Assembly: GCA_964558235.1 (NCBI GenBank) | Contig: CAZLCK010000001.1 | Coordinates: 33,943-73,704, forward strand | Direction: 5' to 3' | From: an uncultured Coriobacteriaceae bacterium | Lineage (GTDB): Bacteria; Actinomycetota; Coriobacteriia; Coriobacteriales; CADBOM01 | Length of the DNA stretch: 39,762 nucleotides | Shown here: positions 8,584 to 17,435 of the stretch, one piece after another | Layout of the letters: each line of letters starts with the position of its first letter | Numbering within the stretch: position 1 is the stretch's first letter | The notes under the pieces: generated by a model | Seen by the model: the letters and a program-made list of their open reading frames with translations, nothing else | Told to the model about the DNA's origin: nothing | Database searches by the model: none | Made by a program: the position numbers and the translations under genes

Positions 8584-10548
8584 ATGGCATTCAATCATTT
8601 TCCGCATGTTTATCAGCCTATGGAAGTAGGTAGCATGCATCTAAAGAACAGGATTCAGTTTTCACCAATCGTTTCAAACCATGCAGGATATCGTGATGGA
8701 AAAGTTAACTATGAGCTCTTCGAGTTTTTGGTCGCACAAGCTAAGACAGGATGTGCATTGGTGACAGTCGGCTCCACTCCTGTTGACTTTGAAGAGGGTC
8801 GCGACTTCTTTGGTTGCATGTCTGCAACGAATGATGATGACATTGCGGGACTTGCATCTGTAGTTCGTGAAATCCACAGGCAAGATTGCAATTTTTCTGC
8901 TGAGTTAACACATGCAGGACAATGGGCTTCAGACCTTTTGCCAGAAGGCCAAAAGGCATTTGCTCCCTCTGTTATCGAAGGAATTCACGATCCAGCTAAG
9001 GTCAAGGCAATCTCTCGCGATGAGATGGACATGGTCGTTCAGCATCACATCGAGGCCATCATACGCTGTAAGAAGGCAGGATTTGACCAGGTTATGGTGC
9101 ACTGTGCACACGGTAACCTCCTCTCATCATTTCTCTCCCCAGCATGGAACCGTCGCACCGATGAGTATGGTGGGTCATTTGAAAACCGTGTTCGCTTCCC
9201 ACTAGAGGTTTTAGCAGCAGCTCGCGAAGCGACAAAGGGAGATATCCCGATCGAGATCCGCTTTGTTGGAAATGAGTGGATTGAAAATGGAATGCCTCTT
9301 GATGAGCGCATCGAATTTTTGAAGCTAGCAGAGAAGTATATCGACATGGTTGTTGTTTCTGCTGGAACACTGAAGATGGGTGGTGCATTTTCAAAGAACA
9401 TGCCTGGATATTATGTTGAGCCAGGTCTTAATGTTGAATATGCAGCTGCATATAAGCAGGCCTGTCCAAATCTATGCATCTCTGTTTGCGGTGGTATTTC
9501 CACACTCGAAGAGGCAGAGCATATCATCGCAACTGGCAAGGCTGACGTTATCGCTATGGCTAAAGCGCTTATGGCCGATAGTGACTATGTCAACAAGGGC
9601 TTTCGTGGTGAGGAGGATGACATCACTCCTTGCATGAGATGTCTATGGTGCTTAAAGGACGTTGAAGCAACAGCTCACCTTGAAGGTTGCGCAGTCAATC
9701 CGATTATGGGCTGGGAATATCGTGGTACTAAACTCATTCCAATTTCAAAGAAGAAAAAGGCGATGGTCATTGGTGGTGGACCTGGCGGAATGGAAGCTAC
9801 TAGGGTCTTGACCGACCGTGGATTTGACGTTGTTTTGTACGAAAAGGACGAGAAACTTGGCGGACGTCTACCAGAAGCATCGGCTCTGATTTTCAAGGAT
9901 GGATTCAGGCGTTATTACAAGTGGGCTGTCAGAAAGACTATGGAGTGCGGTGCCAAAATCGTTTTAGGTAAAGAGGCTACGCCGCAAGATATCAAAGCAG
10001 AAGCTCCAGACGTTGTAATCTTGGCAATTGGTGCTGAATTGATCACCCCTGCGATTCCAGGAATCGATGGCAAAAATGTTGCCGATGTTGTCTCTGTTGA
10101 TCGTGGCGAGGCCATTACAGGAGAGAAGGTTGTTGTTTGCGGTGCTGGTCTATCTGGCGCAGAGTGTGCACTTGAGCTAGCGATGCAGCACAAGGATGTC
10201 ACCTTAGTAGATATGATCGACGAAGAGGACTTCTACAAGGATCTTACATTTTTTATGAAGCCAGTTTTAACGCAAAAGCTTGCTGAAAACAACGTTAAGT
10301 TAATGGGTAATTGCGCTGTTCAAGAGATCACTGCTGACGGCATCATTGTAAAGGATGCTTCTGGCAAGGAGATCAAGATCGATGCAGATACCGTTGTTAC
10401 AGCATTTGGAATTAAGCCAAACGCTGAGAAGATAGCTGAACTATCCAGCGTCTGTCCAGCAACATATACTATCGGAGATGCAAAAAAGATTGGTGTCATT
10501 GGAGATTCGATCAACGAGGCCTATTGGCTGTGCCGCGATCTGGACTAA
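8584..10548 (+). CDS. OYE-family Fe-S/flavin oxidoreductase, paralog 2
   Basis: HCAHGNL, NRRTDEYGGSFENR, CMRCLWC-x12-C, GGGPGG and GAGLSG motifs; ATG after GAGAGGAG; colinear with paralog 1 (66/90 identical in the first 90 aa by hand count). Confidence 0.9.
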   Translation: MAFNHFPHVYQPMEVGSMHLKNRIQFSPIVSNHAGYRDGKVNYELFEFLVAQAKTGCALVTVGSTPVDFEEGRDFFGCMSATNDDDIAGLASVVREIHRQDCNFSAELTHAGQWASDLLPEGQKAFAPSVIEGIHDPAKVKAISRDEMDMVVQHHIEAIIRCKKAGFDQVMVHCAHGNLLSSFLSPAWNRRTDEYGGSFENRVRFPLEVLAAAREATKGDIPIEIRFVGNEWIENGMPLDERIEFLKLAEKYIDMVVVSAGTLKMGGAFSKNMPGYYVEPGLNVEYAAAYKQACPNLCISVCGGISTLEEAEHIIATGKADVIAMAKALMADSDYVNKGFRGEEDDITPCMRCLWCLKDVEATAHLEGCAVNPIMGWEYRGTKLIPISKKKKAMVIGGGPGGMEATRVLTDRGFDVVLYEKDEKLGGRLPEASALIFKDGFRRYYKWAVRKTMECGAKIVLGKEATPQDIKAEAPDVVILAIGAELITPAIPGIDGKNVADVVSVDRGEAITGEKVVVCGAGLSGAECALELAMQHKDVTLVDMIDEEDFYKDLTFFMKPVLTQKLAENNVKLMGNCAVQEITADGIIVKDASGKEIKIDADTVVTAFGIKPNAEKIAELSSVCPATYTIGDAKKIGVIGDSINEAYWLCRDLD

Positions 10549-10637
10549 CGATCTAGAGTAATTTGGGAATTTGTCTGGGTAAAAACCTAGATAAAAGATA
10601 AACCTGAATGAAAGGCGAAAAAAGAAAGGAAAGCAAA

Positions 10638-11459
10638 ATGCTAGACCCGAACTATATTACCTCAAAGCCTATTACCTCTATGGAAGGTGCCTTTTCTGTC
10701 GAGGGACTAAATGTCATCGTAACAGGTGGAGGCGGCGGAATTGGCCGTGGAATCGCTCAAGCATTTGCTGAGTGTGGCGCCAATGTTGTCGTAATGTGCC
10801 GCACCGAGTCCAAGGGTCTAAAGGCTGTTGAAGAGCTTAAAGAGGCTGGCCCTGGTAATCATTCCTACATTCAATGTGATATCTCAGATCACGATTCTGT
10901 TGTTGCTGCAAGAGATAAGTATTTTGAGCTCTACGATTATCTAGACGTTCTCGTCAACAACGCTGGAGTTGGAACTAAGCCTCCATTCCTCTCTGAAGTT
11001 GGACTTTCTGAGTGGCATCGCATCATCAACACCAACCTACACGGTGTTGCAAACATGGCCTACGAGTTCTCGCCAAAGATGATTGAGGCTAGAAGAGGCG
11101 GAACCATCATCAACATCTCCTCCATCGGTGGAGTTGCAACTCCTGTTTCTAACGAGCAGCACAACGCTCCATACAATGCCTCCAAGGCTGGCGTCGACAT
11201 TTTCACTCGTTACCTAGCAATCGTACTTGGAGATTACAACATCCGCGTTGTTTCGATTCAGCCTGGCCCAATCCACTCCGAGCTCGACAAGGATCTCCCA
11301 GAGGCCGCAAAGATCTCATTTGAGCGCGACATGCCAGCGCATCGCTTTGGTGAGCCAATCGAAGTTGGAGCGTTCTGTGTCTATCTAGCAAGCCCAGCTG
11401 CTGTGTTCCTACGTGGAGCAAATATCCCATTTGACGGCGGACAGCTTTGTATCGGATAA
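10638..11459 (+). CDS. Classical short-chain dehydrogenase/reductase, paralog 1 (likely NADP(H))
   Basis: TGGGGGIG, NNAG, NISS and YNASK motifs; Arg after beta-2 (MCR); ATG after AAAGGA. Confidence 0.9.
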   Translation: MLDPNYITSKPITSMEGAFSVEGLNVIVTGGGGGIGRGIAQAFAECGANVVVMCRTESKGLKAVEELKEAGPGNHSYIQCDISDHDSVVAARDKYFELYDYLDVLVNNAGVGTKPPFLSEVGLSEWHRIINTNLHGVANMAYEFSPKMIEARRGGTIINISSIGGVATPVSNEQHNAPYNASKAGVDIFTRYLAIVLGDYNIRVVSIQPGPIHSELDKDLPEAAKISFERDMPAHRFGEPIEVGAFCVYLASPAAVFLRGANIPFDGGQLCIG

Positions 11460-11474
11460 AGTAATTGAGATATC

Positions 11475-11533
11475 GTGGCTGAATTTTTAAAGCGCATATC
11501 ATATATCGGATAGCTTAGTAAGAATTCAGCCAC
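11475..11533 (+). other. Intergenic stem-loop between the SDR paralogs
   Basis: GTGGCTGAATT...AATTCAGCCAC inverted repeat with no U-tract. Confidence 0.5.
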
Positions 11534-11596
11534 AGATGTTAGAGACCAAAAAGATAGATTAGCTAGAAAAACTGTTGAGATACCGGGAGAACAAAG

Positions 11597-12412
11597 ATGG
11601 CAGACTACATTATTTCTAAGCCTGTTACCTCGATGGATGGCGCTTATAGCGTTGAGGGGTATAACGTAATCGTTACTGGTGGAGCTGGCGGAATTGGCCG
11701 TGGAATAGCTCAAGCATTTGCTGAGTCTGGTGCCAATGTAATCGTTATGAATCGTAACGAAGCAAAGGGTAGCAAGGCTGTAGAGGAGCTAAAAGAAGCA
11801 GGTCCTGGAAAGCACATGTATATCAAGTGTGATGTTTCGGATCACGATTCCGTTATAAAAGCAAGAGAAGCATTTTTTGAAAACTACGACCACCTAGATG
11901 TTTTGATTAACAATGCTGGCGTTGGATGCACAGCACCATTTTTGTCTGAACAGGGTCTTGACGAGTGGCATAGAGTTATCAACACCGACCTTCACGGTGT
12001 AGCCTATATGGTCTATGAATTTGCTCCAAAGATGGTTGAACATGGCACTGGAGGAACTATCATAAATATCTCCTCCATCGGTGGAGTTAGAGTTGCAGTC
12101 TCTGATGGACAGCACCTTGCACCTTATAACGTTGCAAAGGCTGGAGTCGATATCTTTAGCCGTTACCTTGCAATCGTTCTTGGCGATTCAAACATCAGAG
12201 TCTTGTCGGTGCAGCCTGGTCCAATCCACTCTGAGCTCGACAACGACTTACCAGAAGAGGCGATCTCTAGAGTTTACGATGTTATGCCAGCGCATCGCTT
12301 TGGTGAGCCAATCGAAGTCGGAGCGTTCTGCGTCTATCTATCAAGCCCAGCAGGAACATTCATCCGTGGCGTCAACTTCCCATTCGATGGTGGACTAACA
12401 ATCGTTGCCTAA
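11597..12412 (+). CDS. Classical SDR, paralog 2
   Basis: TGGAGGIG, NNAG, NISS and YNVAK motifs; colinear with the preceding SDR. Confidence 0.9.
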   Translation: MADYIISKPVTSMDGAYSVEGYNVIVTGGAGGIGRGIAQAFAESGANVIVMNRNEAKGSKAVEELKEAGPGKHMYIKCDVSDHDSVIKAREAFFENYDHLDVLINNAGVGCTAPFLSEQGLDEWHRVINTDLHGVAYMVYEFAPKMVEHGTGGTIINISSIGGVRVAVSDGQHLAPYNVAKAGVDIFSRYLAIVLGDSNIRVLSVQPGPIHSELDNDLPEEAISRVYDVMPAHRFGEPIEVGAFCVYLSSPAGTFIRGVNFPFDGGLTIVA

Positions 12413-12486
12413 CTTGGATATTGTTTAGGATACAAGCCTAGGATTTTAGGCTATAGGCCTAGGATATAAGTATGTATGTGGTTTTT

Positions 12487-12512
12487 GCGTACACGCGTAC
12501 ACGCGTGTACGC
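12487..12512. repeat. GCGTACAC tandem plus an 18-bp perfect palindrome
   Basis: GCGTACAC-GCGTACAC-GC-GTGTACGC; 12495-12512 is self-complementary. Confidence 0.7.
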
Positions 12513-12639
12513 TCTATATATTCCCACCTTTTGGATTTAAACTAGCAACACTTTTCCATTAGCCCGCTTTTTTTAGGAAAGACCAAACTTTTCCAAAACA
12601 CAGCGCCTCTCAGTGGGTGGGGGTTGAAAAGTTTCCTTT

Positions 12640-12879
12640 TTAAGAAAGATATCTCTTTGCTAAATAAGCAATGATATCGTCATTGCCGTTAATAAGCTGG
12701 CCTTCTGCGTAAAGATATGGGATTAAATCTGCATTTCCGCCAAGACCTAAAAGCTCCTCATAGGGTTCAACCTGCTCAACATCGCGCTTATCAAGCTCAA
12801 TATTATGCTCATTGGCAAACGAAACAGTAACTGCGCACGTCTCGCATGGAGCCCAATAATACAAGATTGGCTTATCCAT
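12640..12879 (-). CDS. Glutaredoxin/NrdH-like protein
   Basis: CETC motif near the N-terminus, cis-Pro motif IPYL, GNDDI; ATG after TTAGGAG. Confidence 0.8.
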   Translation of the reverse strand: MDKPILYYWAPCETCAVTVSFANEHNIELDKRDVEQVEPYEELLGLGGNADLIPYLYAEGQLINGNDDIIAYLAKRYLS

Positions 12880-13023
12880 TTTGTCTCCTAAAAGCATCTA
12901 GTTCACCTAAAAAATCACGGATTTAATAGAAACAATATCAATATCTCAATTTTATAGCTTATTAAGAAAACAACGATACTGACGGATAAAAAGGTCTTAA
13001 AGAATCTGACTTAGACAAATCGA

Positions 13024-13098
13024 TGGTGGGCGATAACGGATTTGAACCGCTGACCTTGTGCGTGTAAAGCACCTGCGCTACCGCTGCGCCAATCGCCC
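13024..13098 (-). tRNA. tRNA-Val(TAC)
   Basis: GGGCGAT acceptor stem, anticodon loop TTTACAC, GGTTCAAATCC T-arm, encoded CCA. Confidence 0.97.
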
Positions 13099-13174
13099 AC
13101 ATATGAGATAAACCCCGTTTAGAAAACGTGCGTTTGGTAGATTAACATACTACAGCTCTTTTAAGCAAAACTTT

Positions 13175-14539
13175 TTAAAAGTTGCGACCTTGAAGGGCAT
13201 ATTTGCCTCGCCAAATCCCTTTAACCTCACCGGCTAAAGTGATTGAGCCCGATGCTACTACAGGCACTCCCCTGCTTAAAAGTTCTTCCAAAGCAACTTC
13301 TGGATTTTCAAAAATTTCAGGCGCTGTACCAGTCATCTCTTCGACCATTTCTGCGAGCTGCTTATACTCAATTGCTCTTGGAGAAGAGGTCTGAGTAACA
13401 GCGATGTCTGGTGTTAGCCCAGCTAAAGCCTCGATTATTCCACGAGCATCCTTGTCAGAAAGAACGGCCAAGAGTAGCTGAAAACCGCCCTGTGGAAACC
13501 TCTTTGCACAAGCTGTAGCCAAATTTATTGCCGACTGTGGATTATGGGCTGCATCAACTATCAAAAGCGGGTCCTTGCTTAGGGTTTCAAAACGTCCAGG
13601 AACAGCAAAGTTTTCAATAGCTTTACGTGTTGCTTCCAAGTCCAAAGCATGCCCTAAGTAAAGTTCGCAAGACACAATCGCTGTAGCGATATTTTGCGCT
13701 TGATAGAGCGCAGAGTGCATCTTAATCCCTGAATAGACTCCATAGACACCTATGATATCGACGAAAATTTCGCCTGGTTCGTCTGTGTATCCAGCCTTAT
13801 AGATTGCTTGGCCAGCAGCATTTTCAGCGTCAATTGCGGACTCGCTTCTCACAAGCCAAGGTTTTAATCCAAGTTCTTGACACCTATTCATAAAGACATC
13901 GATAGTTGCAGCAGTTCCAGGACCCAAAACCACCCTAGTATTGCCCTCTTTTATGATGGCCGCTTTCTCTGCTGCAATCTCTTCAACAGTGTTGCCCAAA
14001 ATTCCAAGATGATCTAGGCCAATTCCTGTAATCACCGCAACATCGCTATCGACGATATTGGTTGAATCCCATCGACCGCCCATACCGCATTCCAAAACTG
14101 CAACATCGACCTTTTGGGCAGAAAAAGCCCAAAAAGCTGCGGCGGTAATAAGTTCAAACTCCGTGATTTCAATATCTTCTAAAGAATCAGCAGCACCTTT
14201 AGCCAAAAGCACTGCTTGAGCAAAAAGATCATGGTCTATAACCTTACCGTCGATCTCAATACGCTCTGGGTATTCCACCAGATGCGGACTCGTATAGAGC
14301 CCAGTTTTTAACCCATGAGCAACCAAAATAGCAGCACAGAGTCGCACCGTGGAGGTTTTACCATTTGTACCTGCTACATGTAAGCAATGATAATCTTTAC
14401 AAGGCTCGCCCATTCGCTCCATTAAGCAAGCAATACCATCAAGTGATGGGTGAATTCCAAAAGTCAAAGCCTCATCGAGTATTGCTAGGGCGCTCTCATA
14501 AGATTTCTCAATCTCAGAGATATCATTAGTTATAGACAT
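13175..14539 (-). CDS. folC: Folylpolyglutamate synthase/dihydrofolate synthase
   Basis: VAGTNGKTS, YTSPHL, ECGMGGRWDSTN, PGRFE and DAAHNP motifs; downstream of valS. Confidence 0.95.
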   Translation of the reverse strand: MSITNDISEIEKSYESALAILDEALTFGIHPSLDGIACLMERMGEPCKDYHCLHVAGTNGKTSTVRLCAAILVAHGLKTGLYTSPHLVEYPERIEIDGKVIDHDLFAQAVLLAKGAADSLEDIEITEFELITAAAFWAFSAQKVDVAVLECGMGGRWDSTNIVDSDVAVITGIGLDHLGILGNTVEEIAAEKAAIIKEGNTRVVLGPGTAATIDVFMNRCQELGLKPWLVRSESAIDAENAAGQAIYKAGYTDEPGEIFVDIIGVYGVYSGIKMHSALYQAQNIATAIVSCELYLGHALDLEATRKAIENFAVPGRFETLSKDPLLIVDAAHNPQSAINLATACAKRFPQGGFQLLLAVLSDKDARGIIEALAGLTPDIAVTQTSSPRAIEYKQLAEMVEEMTGTAPEIFENPEVALEELLSRGVPVVASGSITLAGEVKGIWRGKYALQGRNF

Positions 14540-14564
14540 CTTGTCCTCGTATTAGTTTTGATAC

Positions 14565-17267
14565 CTATTCGAGCTCATCGAGCTGCGATTGAATCTTGCT
14601 GATTGAGCCGGCAATTTCTGCAACATCGTTTCTAGTTTTCTCGACAATCTCAGGAGCAGCTTTAGACAAAAATCCCTCGTTAGAAAGCTTCTTGTTTAGC
14701 TTGGACAGGTCAGCCTGCAGTTTAGAAAGCTCCTTGGAAAGTCTTTGACGTTCGGCTTCAAAATCGACTAAGCCTTCGAGATCAACATATATCTCAAGAT
14801 CAGCAGTAACAGTAGCAGAAGATCCCTTAGGCTTAACGATATCTGTTGCGAATTCTAGCTTAGAAACATTTGCCATCGATTTGACAAGTGTGCTTTGACG
14901 CTCGATAGTCGCACAGCCTTGATCGTCTGTCTTAACGTAGACATCCAAAACATTCTTATTTGCAATCTTATAGCGCGCCCTCGTAGATCGAACTACAGAG
15001 ATTATTTGCATAGCAAAGTCAATAGAGCGCTCGGCATCTTTGTCAACAAAGCGCGAAAGTTCCTTATAATCAGGCCACTTTGCAACCATGATAGAGGGTG
15101 TTTCATGCTTGATTGGAAGCTTTTGCCAAATCTCCTCGGTAATAAATGGCATCATTGGATGCAAAAGCCTAAGAGCCTGATCGAGCACAAATACCAAGTT
15201 GCGCTGGGTCGAAAGTCTTAGTTCAGCATCGTCAGAGTTAAGCTGCGACTTTGAGAATTCAACATACCAATCGCAAAATTCATTCCAAAAAAAGTCATGA
15301 ATCATACGAGCGATTGCACCGAAGTCGAAACCATCTCGGTCGTTATCAATCTCAGTAATCAGGTCTGCAAGCCTCGACAAAATCCACCTGTCAGCATCCG
15401 TCTTTGCAATAGGCTCACCTGGAGTATAGCCCTGCATATTCATCAAAACAAAGCGCGATGCATTCCAGATCTTAGTTGCAAAGTTCCTGCTAGAACGAAG
15501 CTTCTCTTCATCAAATTTCATATCTTGTGAGCCTGTGACCTGCAAAAGAAGACCAAAGCGCATTCCATCCGCACCAAATTTGTCGATGAGTTCTAAAGGA
15601 TCGACGCCATTGCCCAAAGACTTTGACATACGGCGTCCAAACTTATCCAAGACAGTTGGGTGAATAATCACGTCGTGGAATGGAACTTGACCATCAAGAC
15701 AGTCCATCGAAGACATAATCATTCGCGCAACCCACAAGAAGATAATGTCACGTGCGGTGGATAAAACTTGGGTTGGATAGTAGGTATCCTTAGGCTCTGA
15801 CCACTCACCTGGCCATCCATATGTTGCAAATGGCCAGAGTTGCGATGAAAACCATGTATCCAAAACATCTTCGTCTTGACGAACATGCGCACCACATTCA
15901 GGACAGATATCAATATCTTCCCTGCAAGCTCCCATCCAGAAACATTCATCGCAATAAAAGACTGGAATACGATGACCCCACCAAAGCTGACGAGAAATAC
16001 ACCAATCTCTGATATTTTCCATCCATTGGAAGTAGACATTTTCCCAGCGCTTAGGCGAGAATTTAACACGTCCATCACGGACAGCATCGATAGCGGGCTT
16101 AGCTAGTTTTTTCATCGAGACAAACCATTGGTCAGATAGCCATGGCTCAATAACAGTGTCACACCTATAGCAATGTCCAACCGCATGATCAAGATCCTCA
16201 ACGCGCTCCAATAAACCTTGAGATTCAAGGTCGGCAACGATTGCTTCCCTAGCCTCATAGCGATCCATACCAGCATACTTACCACCGAGTTCGTTGATAT
16301 GAGCATCTGGAGTAAGAATATTGATCTGCTCTAGATTATGGCGTTGACCCATATCGAAGTCATTCGGATCGTGTGCAGGAGTTACCTTAACGCAGCCTGT
16401 ACCAAAACTTGGATCTACATAGTCATCGGCAAAGATAGGGATCTCACGTCCGACAAGAGGCAAAATTACACTTTGACCAACAAGAGCTTTATAGCGCTCA
16501 TCATCTGGATGAATTGCAACTCCGGTATCACCAAGCATCGTCTCTGGACGTGTGGTTGCAACAACCAGATACTCAATTCCATCCACTGGCCTAGCTAGCG
16601 GATAGCGAATGTGCCAAAGTGAGCCCCTCTCATCTGCGTGCTCAACTTCATCATCGGCCAAAGCAGTAGTACAGCGTGGACACCAGTTGATAATCCTATT
16701 GCCCTTATAGATAAGCTCCTTGTCAAACCAATCACAAAAAACTTGACGAACAGCTTGAGCATAGTCATCGTCCATCGTAAAGCGCTCATTGTCATAGTCA
16801 CATGAACAACCCATGCCTTTTAGCTGCTCAATGATGGTTGAACCATACTCATCACGCCATTCCCAACACTTATTAACAAATTCTTCACGGCCTACATCAA
16901 AGCGAGTTAGCCCCTCTTTAGCTAGTTTTTGCTCAACCTTATTTTGAGTAGCAATTCCAGCATGATCTGTTCCAACAATCCACCTAGTTGGATGTCCTTG
17001 CATACGAGCTTTACGGATTAGCGTATCTTGAATCGTGTCATTTAATGCATGACCCATATGTAGTTGCCCAGTTACATTTGGAGGAGGAATAACGATTGTA
17101 AATGGTGACTTCAAATTGTCTGCATAACCTGCAGCATCGCGTGAAAAAAATCCGCCATCATTCCAAAAATTAAATAGTCTTCCCTCAATTTCTGATGGCT
17201 CATATGTCTTTGGCATCTCCGTTTCAAAAGATGCACAAGATTCGCTATTGTTTTCGCTACTCATCAT
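14565..17267 (-). CDS. valS: Valine--tRNA ligase
   Basis: PPPNVTGQLHMGH (HIGH), DWCISRQLWWGH, RMSKS (KMSKS) and C-terminal coiled coil. Exact start uncertain. Confidence 0.97.
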   Translation of the reverse strand: MMSSENNSESCASFETEMPKTYEPSEIEGRLFNFWNDGGFFSRDAAGYADNLKSPFTIVIPPPNVTGQLHMGHALNDTIQDTLIRKARMQGHPTRWIVGTDHAGIATQNKVEQKLAKEGLTRFDVGREEFVNKCWEWRDEYGSTIIEQLKGMGCSCDYDNERFTMDDDYAQAVRQVFCDWFDKELIYKGNRIINWCPRCTTALADDEVEHADERGSLWHIRYPLARPVDGIEYLVVATTRPETMLGDTGVAIHPDDERYKALVGQSVILPLVGREIPIFADDYVDPSFGTGCVKVTPAHDPNDFDMGQRHNLEQINILTPDAHINELGGKYAGMDRYEAREAIVADLESQGLLERVEDLDHAVGHCYRCDTVIEPWLSDQWFVSMKKLAKPAIDAVRDGRVKFSPKRWENVYFQWMENIRDWCISRQLWWGHRIPVFYCDECFWMGACREDIDICPECGAHVRQDEDVLDTWFSSQLWPFATYGWPGEWSEPKDTYYPTQVLSTARDIIFLWVARMIMSSMDCLDGQVPFHDVIIHPTVLDKFGRRMSKSLGNGVDPLELIDKFGADGMRFGLLLQVTGSQDMKFDEEKLRSSRNFATKIWNASRFVLMNMQGYTPGEPIAKTDADRWILSRLADLITEIDNDRDGFDFGAIARMIHDFFWNEFCDWYVEFSKSQLNSDDAELRLSTQRNLVFVLDQALRLLHPMMPFITEEIWQKLPIKHETPSIMVAKWPDYKELSRFVDKDAERSIDFAMQIISVVRSTRARYKIANKNVLDVYVKTDDQGCATIERQSTLVKSMANVSKLEFATDIVKPKGSSATVTADLEIYVDLEGLVDFEAERQRLSKELSKLQADLSKLNKKLSNEGFLSKAAPEIVEKTRNDVAEIAGSISKIQSQLDELE

Positions 17268-17435
17268 TTTCGCTCGCTTCAAATAGTTATGTTTTAATCG
17301 CGCAATTGCGCTTTATTACATTTCCCTATTATTGTCTTACTGGTTTTTGAGCGGTCTATTCGCTCTTTGCTTCCAAGCTGTCATACAAAACTTCGTTTGA
17401 GTCGCTGTGGTTGCAATAGTGCTACTTCGTTTTGC

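Noticed and set aside
8584-12412. Equol (daidzein reductase/dihydrodaidzein reductase) or bai cluster
   Set aside because: The enzyme families match, but the active-site motifs and N-termini do not match those enzymes as recalled, and the other pathway genes are absent.
17283-17435. T-box riboswitch upstream of valS
   Set aside because: The region is short, and no T-box consensus (GGTGGNACCGCG) or terminator/antiterminator is visible on the minus strand.
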